This document shows positions 52,633-64,000 of a stretch of 64,000 nucleotides of DNA, in pieces (the first letter of the stretch is position 1; each line of letters opens with the position of its first letter). The DNA is from an uncultured Planctomycetaceae bacterium (GTDB taxonomy: Bacteria > Planctomycetota > Planctomycetia > Pirellulales > PALSA-1355). A program made the position numbers and the translations under genes. The notes beneath the pieces are model-generated. The model saw only the letters and a program-made list of their open reading frames with translations, searched no databases and was not told the DNA's origin. The stretch is from contig CAWAUV010000008.1 in the NCBI GenBank assembly GCA_963785305.1, forward strand, positions 1,120,001 to 1,184,000, written 5' to 3'.

Positions 52633-52861
52633 AGGAAGCAAAGGGGACGCGAGTCGATGTTGACGTTGAGAGCTTATCGGGCCTTTTTCTCCCGACGCGC
52701 TCGAGCCGCCCGCCATCAGCGCGGCGGAGAAGAAATTATCAACACAACGGACACAACGAACACGACGAAGCAAGGAAGGCGGCGGAGCGTGGGCGTGCCG
52801 CACGCGGTCGCCTTTCCGGCGTCCTGTTCTTTGCGCCCGTCGTGGTGAAATGTTTTTCGAT

Positions 52862-53006
52862 TCTTCCGTTTCCGAGGGCTTTGCTTGGGGATTCGGGAGG
52901 GTTCTCCGGCGTTCGGGGGTCGGTCGGGCAGAACAGCGCGGAGGAGCCCGGGCAGGGCTCGATTTTACCCCAACGGAGCTGGACCATGAACCGCGTCGCC
53001 ATTCGA
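52862..53006 (+). mobile_element. Degenerate ISL3 left-end fragment
   Basis: TCTTCCGTTTCCGAG...GATTTTACC...CCATGAA similar to 50203-50345. Confidence 0.8.
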
Positions 53007-53086
53007 AGTCGAACGCAAACAATGCCGCTGGCATCGGCGTTCAAACACGCGGCGATGACGCGGAAACTTCGATTCGCGCTAATAAA

Positions 53087-56000
53087 TTATAGCCTGGCGA
53101 AAACCGCGTCGAGCGCGGCGGTTGAGAGGGTGGTTGGCGTGGTGGCGGCGCTGGTTTCGTCGTTCGGCGCGGCGAGCGTGGCGCTCGAGGTGAGCGATGC
53201 GCTTGAGGTGAGCGATGCAATTGCCAAATCGGTCGCGGCGCTGGTCGATGAAGCCGAACCGGTCGCAGGGCCGCGATTCGTCGCGGAGGTGGGCGACGCC
53301 GCGACATTGAGCGCTGGCGGCAACGACGCGCCGGTCGACGAGCCGCTCCCGCCCGTCGATCCACCGCTTGAACCCGCGGCGGCGGCGAAGGCGGTGAGTT
53401 GGGTCGGTTGATGCGCGACGATGTCGGACATGACCGACTCGCGCACAAGTTCGATCGCGTCGGCGATCACATAGCCATTGGCGTTGTTGCTGATGACCAC
53501 GTTGAGTTGCGAGCCGGTAATCGTGGCCGTGCCGAGCAATTGAAATCCGGCGATCACCGCGCCGTTGGGCGCCGTGGTCTGATTCACCGTCGCCGAGCCG
53601 ATCGCCCCGGCGCCGGCGTTCGGATCGTGGAACGTGTAGGGCGTGTTCGTGGCGTGGTTGCTGGCCGTGGGCCAAGCGGCGTAAATCTGATAGGTTCCCG
53701 CCGTGAGGCCGGTGAAGTTGTAGGTCGCCGTGGCGCTGCCATTGCCGGCCGCGGCGTAGTGCTGGTTGTCGTCGTAGCCGGCGCCGGTGTAATTGACCCA
53801 CGGGCCCGAAAACGTGACACCGGTGTTCGAGCTGTCGTCGAGCGTCGCGACGACGCCGGGCGATTGGCCGGCGCCGGCGACATTGAAGCTGAAGCCGCCG
53901 TGCGCCGGATCGTTGCTGCCGATCGCGATCGTGGCGTTTCTCGCGCCAGTTGTCGTGGGCTTGAAGGTGATGGTAAACGTCGTGCTCGCTCCGGCGGCGA
54001 GCGAGAGCGAAGCCGGCTGCGAGACCGTGAAATCGCCGGCATTGGCGCCCGAGACGGTGACCGCCGTGGCGGGCAAGGTGAGCATCGCGCCGCCGTTGTT
54101 GGTGATCGTGTAGGTTTGGGTGAGCGACGAGCCCACGGCGGTGGTGGCGAACGCCGTGCCGTTCGTGGTTTCGGTCGTCTCGACTTGGCCTCCGACCGTG
54201 GGCGCGATATCGGTCGGGCTGCCACTGACCGGCTTGTTGCTCACCGCGATCTGGGCGCGGTGGGCGAGGCGATCCTCACCAGTTCGATCGCGTCGGCGAT
54301 CACATAGTCGTTGGCGTTGTTGCTAATGACCACGTCGAGCGTGCCCGAAGCGACATTGACCGTGGCCAATTGCTGGAACCCGGCGACCACGGCGCCATTG
54401 GGCGCGGCCGCCTCGTTGACCATCGCGGCGCCGACCGGGGTCGCGCCATCGTAGAAGTTGTAGGGCGCGTTGGTGGCGTGGTTGCCGGCCGTGGGCCAAG
54501 CGGCATACACGGCATATTCGCCGGCGGCGAGGCCGGTGAAGCTATAGGTCGCCGTGGCGCTGCCATTGCCGGCCGCGGTGTAATGCTGATTGTTGTCGTA
54601 GCCGGCGCCGGTGTAGCTGGACCAAACGCCCGAGAAGGTCACGCCGGTGTTCGAGCTATCGTCGAGCGTCGCGACCACCGCGGGCGCTTGGCCGGTTCCG
54701 GTGACATTGAAGCCGAAGCTGGCATGCGCGGGATCGTTGCTGGCGACCGAGATCGTGGCGCTTCTCGCGCCGATGGCCGTGGGGCTGAAGGTAATGGTGA
54801 ATGTCGTGCTCTGGCCAGCGGCGAGCGAGAGCGAAGCCGGCTGCGTGACGGTGAAGTCGCCGGCATTGGCGCCCGAGACCGTGACCGCCGAGGCGGGAAG
54901 GTTGAGCGTCGCGCCGCCGTTGTTGGTGATCGTGTAGGTTTGGGTAAGCGACGAACCCACGGCGGTGGCGGCGAACGCCGTGCCGAACGCGGCCGCCGCG
55001 GTTTCGGCCTGGCCGCCCGCGGTGGGCGCGATATCGGTCGCGCTGCGGAAGCCGGGCCTATAGCTCACGGCGATTTGCGGAGTCGTCGACGCGGCGACTT
55101 TCACGAGTTCGACCGCATCGGCGATCACGTAGTTATTGGCGTTGTTGCCGACGACGACATTCAGCCCGCCCGAGGTGACATCGACCAAGGTCAGTTGCTG
55201 GAAGCCCGAGATCACGGCGCCATTGGGCGCGGCCGCTTCGTTGACCATCGTGGCGCCAATGGGCGCGGCGCCATCGTAGAAGTTGAACGGCGCGTTGGTG
55301 GCGTGGTTGCCGGCCGTGGGCCAAGCGGCATACACGGCATATTCACCGGCGGCGAGACCGGTGAAGTCGTAGGTCGCCGTGGCGCTGCCATCGCCGGCGG
55401 CGACATAGTGCTGATTGTCGTTGAAACCGGCGCCGGTGTAGCTCGTCCAAACTCCGGCGTACGTGGCTTGCGGATCGTCGAGCACGCCGGCCACGTTGGC
55501 CGTTCCTATCCCTTGGATTCCAAATGCGAACGATGGATTCGCGGGATCGTTGCTCGCGATCGTCACGGTGGCGTTGAGCGTGCCCAAGGTCAACGGCGCG
55601 AACTTGACGGTGAAGGTCTCGCTTTGGCCGGCGGTGAGCGCGAGCGAGTGCGGCTGGGTTATGGTGAAGTCCGCGGCATTGGCGCCCGAGATCGTGATCG
55701 GATTCGCGGGCAACATGAGCGTGCCGGCGCCGGCGTTGGTGATCTTGTAGACTTGCGTCACGCTGCTTGTCAGGGCGGTGGCGGTGAAGAGCGTTTGGTT
55801 TCCGCTTTCGGGCTGTTCGCCCGGCGCCACGGCCACATCGGCGCCACTGACGGTCAATGCCGGCTGGGTCGAAAGCGCGACCGGCACGATCTCGATTGCG
55901 TCGGCGATTACGAAATTGTTGGCGTTGTCGCTAATCACGGCTTGCAATTCATTGCCCTCGACCGTGACCGTGGCCAGCAATTGAAAACCGCTGATCGTGG

Positions 56001-59000
56001 CTCCGTTCGGCGCGACGGTCTGATTCACCGTGGCCGCGCCGATCGCCGAGTCGGGGCTGAGCGAAGGATCGTAAAACGCATAGGAAGTGTTCGTGGCATG
56101 ATTGCCCGCCGTGGGCCAGGCGGCGTAGACCTGATAGGTTCCGGCCGGCAGGTTGGTGAACGAATAAATGGCCTGGGCGCTGCCGCCATCGGCCACGGCG
56201 TAATGCTGGTTGCCATCGTAGCCGGCGCCGGTGTAGTTGATCCACTGGCCCACGAACTGCACGCCCGAGAGCGAGCTGTCGTCGAGAATTTGCGGCCCAT
56301 TGCCGATCCCGTCGATGGCAAACGTGAACGGCGTCGTCTGGGTGCTGTCCGACTGCGCGAACGAAATCGTGGCCGAGAACGGTCCGACAGTTGTCGGAGC
56401 AAACTCGATCATGAAGGTGGTGCTGGTCGAGCCCAACAGGTTCGTCGTGGGCTGGCTCGTGACCTTGAACGCTGCGGCGCCGGGGCCGGTGATCGACACG
56501 GCGCCGATCGCGAGCGCGTTGGGTCCCAGATTATCGACCGTGAACGTTTCCGATTTCGTGGCGCCATCGAGCACGACTCCGAAATCGGTGTCGTTCGTCG
56601 CGCTAGCCGTGAGCTGGCCATCGGCGATCGTTTGGCCGCCGCCGGTCACGGTGAGCGACTCCACCTTCACGGTGGGCGAGGTCATCGTTTGGCTGGGGGC
56701 GTATTGGCCCGACGCGCCATCGCTATAGGAAGCGGTGATGATATTCGAGCCGGGCGGGAGCGTGACATTGTTCAATGCGGCCGAGCCGCCGCTCACCGCC
56801 TGCGAGCCCAGAGTGGTCGTGCCGTTGTCGATGAACGTGACCATGCCCTCGGAAGGCGCCAGCGCGCCGGTGGCTGTCACCGCCGCGGTGAGATTCACTG
56901 TTTGGCCATAGGTAATGGTCGCCTGCGAAGCGGTGACTCCGGTGGTTGTGGCAATCTGCGTGACATCGACGACCGCGGCGGAACTGGCCACTTCCTGCAC
57001 GATGTCGTTTGCCGGGTCGGCGATGAACAGATCACCCGCCGGGTCCACCGCGAGATCGTAAGGCGAATTGAGTCTGGCGAGGGTCGCCGGGCCGCCATTG
57101 CCGGTATCCCCCTGCAAGCCGGTTCCGGCGGCGACCGTGATGAGGCCGGTGGTGGGATTCACCTCGAGCACGGAATGGTCGCTATAGTCGGCCAGGAACA
57201 CGTCGCCGGCGGCGTCCACGGCCACGCCCTGGATGACTCCGAGTTGGACCGAAGTGGCCAGGCCTCCGTTTCCATGGAAGAAACCTCCGTCGCTAACGCC
57301 GACGCCGGCGATGGTGGAGATGTCGCCGGTGGCGGCATTGACTTCGCGAACGCGGTAGTTGTTCGTGTCGGCGATGAAGATATCGCCCGCGGCGTCGACC
57401 GCCACGCCCACGGGCTGGCTGAGCGCGGCGGCGGTCGCCAATCCGCCATCACCGCCGTAGCTCGTCGAGCCATTGCCGGCCACGGTCATGATGTTGTAGT
57501 TTGGGCCCCCGGTGGGAATGAGTTCTTGAATGAGGTTGCTGCCCGTGTCGGCGATGAACACATCTCCGGCGGCGTTCACGGCCAAGCCATTCGGGTCGTT
57601 GAGCGAGGCGCCGGTCGCCGCGCCGCTGTAGCCGGGGCTGCTGTTGCCGCCGCCTCCGGCGATCGTGGTGATAATGCCGGTCGAGAGGTCGACTTCGCGA
57701 ATGAGGTTGTTGCCCGAGTCGGCGATGAATAGATCGCCCGCGGAATCCACCGCCACGCCGACCGGGTAGCGAAGCTGGGCTTCCGTGGCGGGGATGCCGT
57801 TGCCGCCGTCGCCCGCATTTCCAGTTCCGGCCACGATGCTAATGAGCCCCGTGGCGTGATTGACTTCGTCGACGGTGCAGGTTGCCGTGTTGACGATGAA
57901 GACATCGCCCGCGGAATCCACCGCCACGCCCTGAGGATTCGCGAGCTGGGCCGCGGTCGCCAAACCGCCGATGCCGCCGGAGCCGAATTGCTGTTCGATG
58001 CCGGCCACGGCCGTGATGATCGATCCGGGCGTGATCGCCGTGACGCTGGCGGCGAAGTTGCCCGCGACGCTGCCGCTGTATGATGCTCCAATGACTTGCA
58101 CGCCCACCGGCAAGCTCACGTTATCGAGCGTCGCCACGCCATCGATCACCGGCTCGGTTCCCAGAATCGTCGCTCCATCGGTGAAAGTGACCGTGCCGGC
58201 GGATGGCGTGCCGGCGCCGGGCGCCGCGATCGTGGCCGTGAGGTTCACGGTTTGACCCGCTATGATGCTCGACTGCGAGGAAGAGACGCTGGTCGTCGTG
58301 GGCGCGGGCGAGACATAGGCGCCCTGGTCGAGCGCGATTCTCTGGTCGCCGCGGGCATCATAGGTCAGGTACACATTGGCGCCCGAATCGTGGTTCGCGG
58401 CCGTGGTCCCGGCTTGCCCGCGCGCAAGCGTGATCGTGTCGCCGCTGATCGCCGTGACTTCGACGATCTCGCCTTCGATCGACAGATAGTCGCCCACGGC
58501 GAGGAATGTGGGGCTGGCGACCGTGGCCGTGGTCGCCGAATTCGAGAGCGAAGCCGAGAGCGTGGTGAGCGCGCCGCCGGCGCCGATGGCCGAACTGCCG
58601 GCCGCGAGGGCGATCGTGTCGACCGGGCCGCCGTTGTTGGCCAGGAGCGGCGCGCCGCTCGATGTGGCGAACACCTGCGCCAGCGCGGAATTGCCCAGGC
58701 CGATCATGTTGTTCTGGCTCGTCGAGACCGAGCCGTAGAGGTCGCCTCCCGAGTTGCCCGCGATGATCGTGTTCGCGGCGGTGAATGTGCCAAACGCATA
58801 GACGCCGCCGCCGGTGGTGGCCGTGTTTCCCGAAATCGTGTCGTTTGTGGTGGTCAGCGTGCCGTTGTTAAGAATGGCGCCGCCATTTATGGCCGAATTA
58901 CCGAAAAACGTGTCGTTCGTACTTGACTCTCTGCCAAAATTGTAAACAGCGCCGCCGTTGAACCGGGTGTTGTTGTTCGACATCGTGACGCCGATGGTGT

Positions 59001-60798
59001 TCAGCGTGCCGCCGTAGTTGTAGATGGCGCCGCCCTCTTCGCTCGCCGAGCTTCTGGTAATCGCATCAGCACTGAGATTCAGTGTCTCGAACGTGAGAAT
59101 GGCGCCACCAAAATATCCCGAGTCGTCCCCGCCGATTCCATTTCCATCCGTGAGCGTCAGCCCGGTGATCGCCACCTGGGCGGCGCCGCCATCGTTGGCG
59201 TTGACTTCGAAGATGCGTGAATTACCGCCGCCGCTGATCGTGAGCTGGTTCGCGCCCAGGCCGGTGATGGTCATCGGGGCGGTGATCAGCAGTTGGCCTT
59301 GGGTGAGCGTGATCGTTTGGCCGGCCAAGTCGGGAGCGAACGTGATCGCGAGCGGGCCGCCGGACGACGCCTTGGCTTGATCGGCGAAGTTGATCGCGTA
59401 GCGCAGCGTGCCCGGAGTGTCGATGCTCGAGGCATTGTCGGCCGCGGACGTGACCAAGAGGCTCGTCACTCCGGCGGCGAAGGCGCCTTGATCTTGCGTC
59501 ACGCGCGCCGCGCCGCGCTGGTCGGTGGCCAAATCGACATTCGCGCCGGAGTTATGCGTCGCGGCCGTGGTTCCATATTGCCCGCGAAGGAGAGTAAGCG
59601 TGTCGCCGCTGATCGCCGTGATCAGCACGATCTCGCTGTCGATCGACAGATAGTCGCCCACGGCGAGGAATGTGTTGCTGGCGACCGTGGCCGTGGTGGC
59701 CGAATTCGAGAGCGAAGCCGAGAGCGTGGTGAGCGCGCCGCCGGCGCCGATCGCGGGGCTGCCGGCCACGAGGGCCATTGTTTGCGTGGGGCCGCCATTG
59801 TTGGCCAAAGGGCCGAGCACCTGCGAGAGCGTATCGCTGTTGGGCAGGCCGACCATGTTGTTTTGGCCCGTCGAGACCGAGCCGTCGAGGTCGCCTCCAG
59901 AGTTGCCCGCGATGATCGTGTTCGCGGCGTTGAAGGCGCCGGAAAGGTCGTAGACGCCGCCGCTGCCTGAAGTCGTGGCCGAGTTTCCCGAAATCGTGTC
60001 GTTCGTGGTGGTCAGCGGGCCGATATTCACAATGCCGCCGCCATTATAACCGGTCGAATTGCCCTCGATCGTGTCGTTGGTGCTGAACATCGTGCCCGCA
60101 TTAAACACGCCGCCGCCGCCGCCGTCGCTGGCCCTGTTGCCGTAAATCGTGTTATTCGAGGACATCAACGTGCCCGCGTTGTAGAGGCCGCCGCCGTCGA
60201 CGCCGGCCGTGTTGCCGGAAATCGTGTTATTCGAGGACATCAACGTGCCCTCGTTGTAGACGCCGCCGCCGCTGCCGCCGGTCGAGGAGCTGCCGGAGAT
60301 CGTGTCGGCTTCGAGCGTAAGCTGTTCGGAATTGGCGATCGCGCCGCCGCTGCCGCCACTAGATCCATCCGTGATCGTCAGCCCGGTGATCGTCACTTGG
60401 GCGGCGCCGCTATCGTTGGCGTTGACATCGAAGATACGAGAAGCGCCGCCGCCGCTTACGGTGAGTTGGCTCGCGCCCGGGCCCGTGATGGTCATCGGAG
60501 CGGTGATCGCGAGCTCGCCCTGGGTGAGCGTGATTGTCTGGCCGGCAAGGCTGGCGGCGAACGTGATCGTGTCGCCGTCGTTATCGGTGTTGGCCTGGAG
60601 GATCGCGTCGCGCAGCGTTGTGCCGCTCGCGCCGATGGCGTCGGAGGTCGATGTCACGACAATCGTCTGAGCGGCCAGCATTTGCCGCTGTTCGAGCGGT
60701 TCGAGGCGCGGCAACCGCGTCGCGCGGCGAGGCTTGCGGGCGGCGCGGCGGCTTGAAACAGTCTTCGTGAACAACGATTTCCACTGGCGATCAAACAC
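53087..60798 (-). CDS. Giant secreted adhesin-like surface protein (~2,570 aa; frameshift near 54250)
   Basis: RLEPLEQRQMLAA motif; two beta-helix/choice-of-anchor-Q-like modules (GGAI..N, LANNGGPT.T.AL, DQRG), Ig-like domains, NHL repeats (P.GVAVD.AGD.FIAD), four pairs of choice-of-anchor-D-like Ig + golvesin/CBM-like modules (VIADAIE); C-terminal ALDAVFA. Confidence 0.88.
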
Positions 60799-61105
60799 TT
60801 CGGTTTCTCCATTGTTTCGGCCCGGAAGCTCGCGTCGATTTTGTCGTCATGCGCGAACGAATCGACGCCGCGCGTGGGTGGTCATGCCCGGCGTCGAGCT
60901 TCGATAGTAATTGCGCCACGATTCGATAGCTAGCGGAAGCGAAGCGGCCGAAGGCGCTGCGGTCGCATTCCGCGATTCCCGCACTTGCGTGGTCGAAAAA
61001 GGTTCTCCCACGCCGCCGGCCAAATCGCTACAAAGCGGGAAAGCAAGAGCAACCGCGCGGGCGCCGCGAGCTTGCGGGATAGCCGCGCGATTCGCCGAGC
61101 GGCGA

Positions 61106-61888
61106 TCAGAGGCGATTCAGATACCGGATCGCCGCGCCGAGCTCATAGGCGGCGTTGTCCGATTGATCGCGGGCCACCGTGAAATAGCCGCGATAGCCCA
61201 ACTCTTCGAGCACGCGAGCAGCGCGGGAAAGTCGACCGAGCCGCGCCCGAGCGGAACCTCGAGCCCTCGCTTGCGGGCCAAGTCGCGCACTCCATCGCGC
61301 GCATGCACATGCAGGATGCGCGGTCCCAGGGCCTCGACGGCCTCGAGCGGCGAGAAGCCATTGACCACCAGCGCGCCCGGATCTAGATCGACGCCGACCG
61401 CGCCCTCGGGCAGCGCGGCGAGAAGTCGCGCCAGGTCGCGGCCATCTTCAGCCCCGGTCTGGGCGGCGAGCCAAGGCGCCGATATGGTGCCCATAGTTTC
61501 CCAAGTCCGTAAGCACGGCGACCAGTGTCTCCCAGGCCGGGCCTTCCGCCTTTTCGGGAATGCGGCCGACATGGTTGATCGTCACTTGGGCGCCAAGATC
61601 GTAGGCCAGCTTCATGGCCGCCTTGGTGGCGGCGATGCGGTGGTCGAGCTCGTCTTGGGTGTCGTAGCCGCGCTGGGTGGGAAAGGCGATCGCCGCGACC
61701 CGCAAATTCAGATCGGCTAGCACATTCCGCAGTTCCCTCAGGCCGGTTTCCGATAACGAGGCCGGCTGAAGCTCCCGCCGGGCATCGATTTCCACGGCCG
61801 AGGCGCCCAACTCGGCCGCCGTATGCAAGGCTTTACGTAGTGGCTGCCTGAGGCCGGCGAGTTGGAGCGCGATTTTCAGAGCGGGCAC
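61106..61888 (-). CDS. Sugar phosphate isomerase/epimerase (xylose isomerase-like TIM barrel; frameshifts)
   Basis: VDLDPG, HVHARD, EVPLGRGSVDFP, GYRGYF. Confidence 0.85.
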
Positions 61889-61969
61889 GGTTTTGGATTC
61901 CTGGGGTTCGAGCGGTGGTGTTCGCGCGGCAAGAGTGCTCGCGACCGCGCCATCGCGGAGGGCGGTGTC

Positions 61970-64000
61970 TTGGGTTCGCTGGCCGCATTATTGAGCATTT
62001 TGGTATTGTCCGCCACGCCGGGGCACCGCGTTTCCACTCGCGCGCCCGACGCCGTGGAGGTATTTCACTGCGGCTTCGAGCCCTCGAGCGACGAGGATTA
62101 TGACGCTTGGCCCGATCATTGGACTCGCCGCCGCGGGCCGAATTTGCCAAGCTACCTGCCGGTCGAGATTCGCGAGGAGCCCTCGCCCGAGGGCAAGCAT
62201 TGTTTGCGCATGTCGCTCAACGGCGGCGGGATCGCGCTGGTGAGCCCGCCGATCGAAATCGGCGCGATCTTCAGCTACGAACTCGAAGGCTATGTGAAGA
62301 CCGAGGGCCTCGAGCACGATGTGGCGTATATCGCGATCGTGTTTCTCGATGCCCAAGGGCAACGGGTCGGCAGCCAGGATTCGGAGCGTTTCACCACCGC
62401 GAGCCAATGGACCAAAGTGCGGCTCGGTCCGATCGCCGCGCCGAGCGAGAAAGTGCAATCGGCCGTGATCGAACTGCGCGTCGAGCCGCAAGAACGCGCC
62501 GACCTGCGCGGCACGATCTGGTTCGACGATCTCTGGCTCGGCCGGCTGCCGCGGATTTCGCTTTCCACCAATAGCACTTGCAACATCTTCAGCGCCGATA
62601 GCCCGGCCCCCGAGGTCACCTGCCAGGTGTCGGGCATTTTGGAACGCGATCCGCTGATGGTGTTCGAGCTCTTGGACTGTTCGAGCCAAAGCGTGTCGCT
62701 CCAGCGGCATCGGCTCGAAGGGCAAGTCTTGCGCAGAAATCGTCGAAAGCATCGGCGCTCCTGGGCGCCACGATCACGCAGAATGTCGGTTTCGCCGGCT
62801 CGACTCGCTGGAGCCCGCCCATTAAGGAGCCGGGTTTCTATCGAGTGCGCGTCACGATGACGAGTAGCGTCGGTCTGATCCTGGCCCGCGAGATCGCGCT
62901 GGTGGTGTTGCCGCGGCAAGCGGCGCCGGCTGAAGGCGAATTCGGCTGGTCGCTGCCCGATGGCGATCGTCCGTTGTCGCTCGCGTCGCTCGCGCAGTTG
63001 CTGCCGCAGGTGGGCATCAACTGGATCAAGTTTCCGGTCTGGAGTCGCGGCGCCGGGGCCGAGCGGCTCGATCAGATCGTGATCTTCGCCGAACGCCTCG
63101 GCCGCCACGGCATCGACACCGTGGCCGTGATCGATGAGCCGCCGGCCGATGTGCAATCCCAATTCAACGAAGCCACCGCGCTCTCGGCGGCGGACGTGTT
63201 CTCCGCGACCAGCACCTTGTGGTATCCCTCGCTCGAGCCGATCATGACGCGGCTTTCGCTGCAAGTGAAATGGTGGCAACTCGGTCAAGACGACGACTTG
63301 AGCTTCGTCGGCTATCCCGATCTCGCCAAGCGAATCGCCGAAGTCAAAAAACAACTTCGTCAGTTCGGCCAGCGCATCTATCTCGGCTTCGGATGGCGCG
63401 CCATCAACGAACCGCTCCGCCCCGGGCCCGATAGCTGGGACTTCACCGCCCTGGCCGCGAATCCTCAATTGACCGACAAGGAAATCGGAGCTTATTTGCC
63501 GGCGCAAAAATCCGCGGGCGTCAAACGTTGGCTCTCGATCGAGCCGCTGCCCCGCAATGGCTACACGATGGAAACCCGCGCCACGGATCTCATCGCCCGA
63601 ATGGTCGCCGCCCGCGTTGCGGAAGCCGACGCGATCTTCATATCTCGGCCGTTCGACGATCAATGCGGCTTGATGAATTCCGACGGCTCGCCGGGCGACT
63701 TGTTACTGCCCTGGCGCACGACCGCCGCGGCCTTGGCCGGGTCGCGCTACGCCGGCAGCCTCGAGTTGCCCGGCGGAAGCGTGAATCATGTGTTCATTCG
63801 CGGATCGCGGGTTGTGATCGTGGTCTGGAATACGACGCCCACGCGCGAGGAACTGTTCCTGGGCGCCGACGCCCGGCAGCTTGACATTTGGGGGCGAGAG
63901 ATGCCATCGAGCTCCGAGCGGCCGGGGTTCGACGTGGGGCCTTTGCCGACATTTATCGTCGACGCCAGCGAGCCGGTGGTTCGCTGGAATCTGAGCTTTG
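61970..64000 (+). CDS. Large secreted hypothetical protein, CBM-like N-terminus and GH-like barrel (frameshift near 62730; runs off the window)
   Basis: Signal-peptide-like start after GGAGG; open frames with host codon usage to the window end. Confidence 0.7.

Overview
High-GC bacterial chromosomal window, most likely Planctomycetota (Pirellulales-like). This rests on a giant surface protein with the RLExLExRxMLA N-terminal motif, a TPR + tandem RNA-polymerase alpha-CTD protein, a sulfatase and a BBP7/Lpg1974-type barrel. Many genes, including housekeeping ones (accC, pyc, tgt), carry 1-2 nt frameshifts that look like long-read consensus errors. Bases 1-10860 are the right part of an integrated phage-satellite/prophage-like element ending at a duplicated tRNA 3' end. 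It encodes an AlpA/Xis-like HTH behind an RBS-occluding hairpin, then an unusual replication module with no visible primase or helicase: a conserved hypothetical, a small protein with a clamp-binding-like motif, a family A DNA polymerase with a large insertion, iteron-like repeats and a wHTH protein. It also encodes HNH, a PLD-like protein, TerS and TerL. Just outside it are an AbiF/Abi_2 HEPN gene, preceded by a promoter plus a ~60 nt hairpin RNA candidate and interrupted by a 78 bp MITE, and a truncated type III R-M mod gene. The middle is mostly core genome (sulfatase, pyc, M28 peptidase, iscS, ABC exporter, scpB, ppk1, tgt, Dam-like MTase, pfk, accC/accB, larB, nnrD). At 46.8-52 kb is a Hachiman-like nuclease + Ski2-type helicase pair whose nuclease gene is split by a complete ISL3, followed by two ISL3 fragments and a ~2,570 aa adhesin-like gene.
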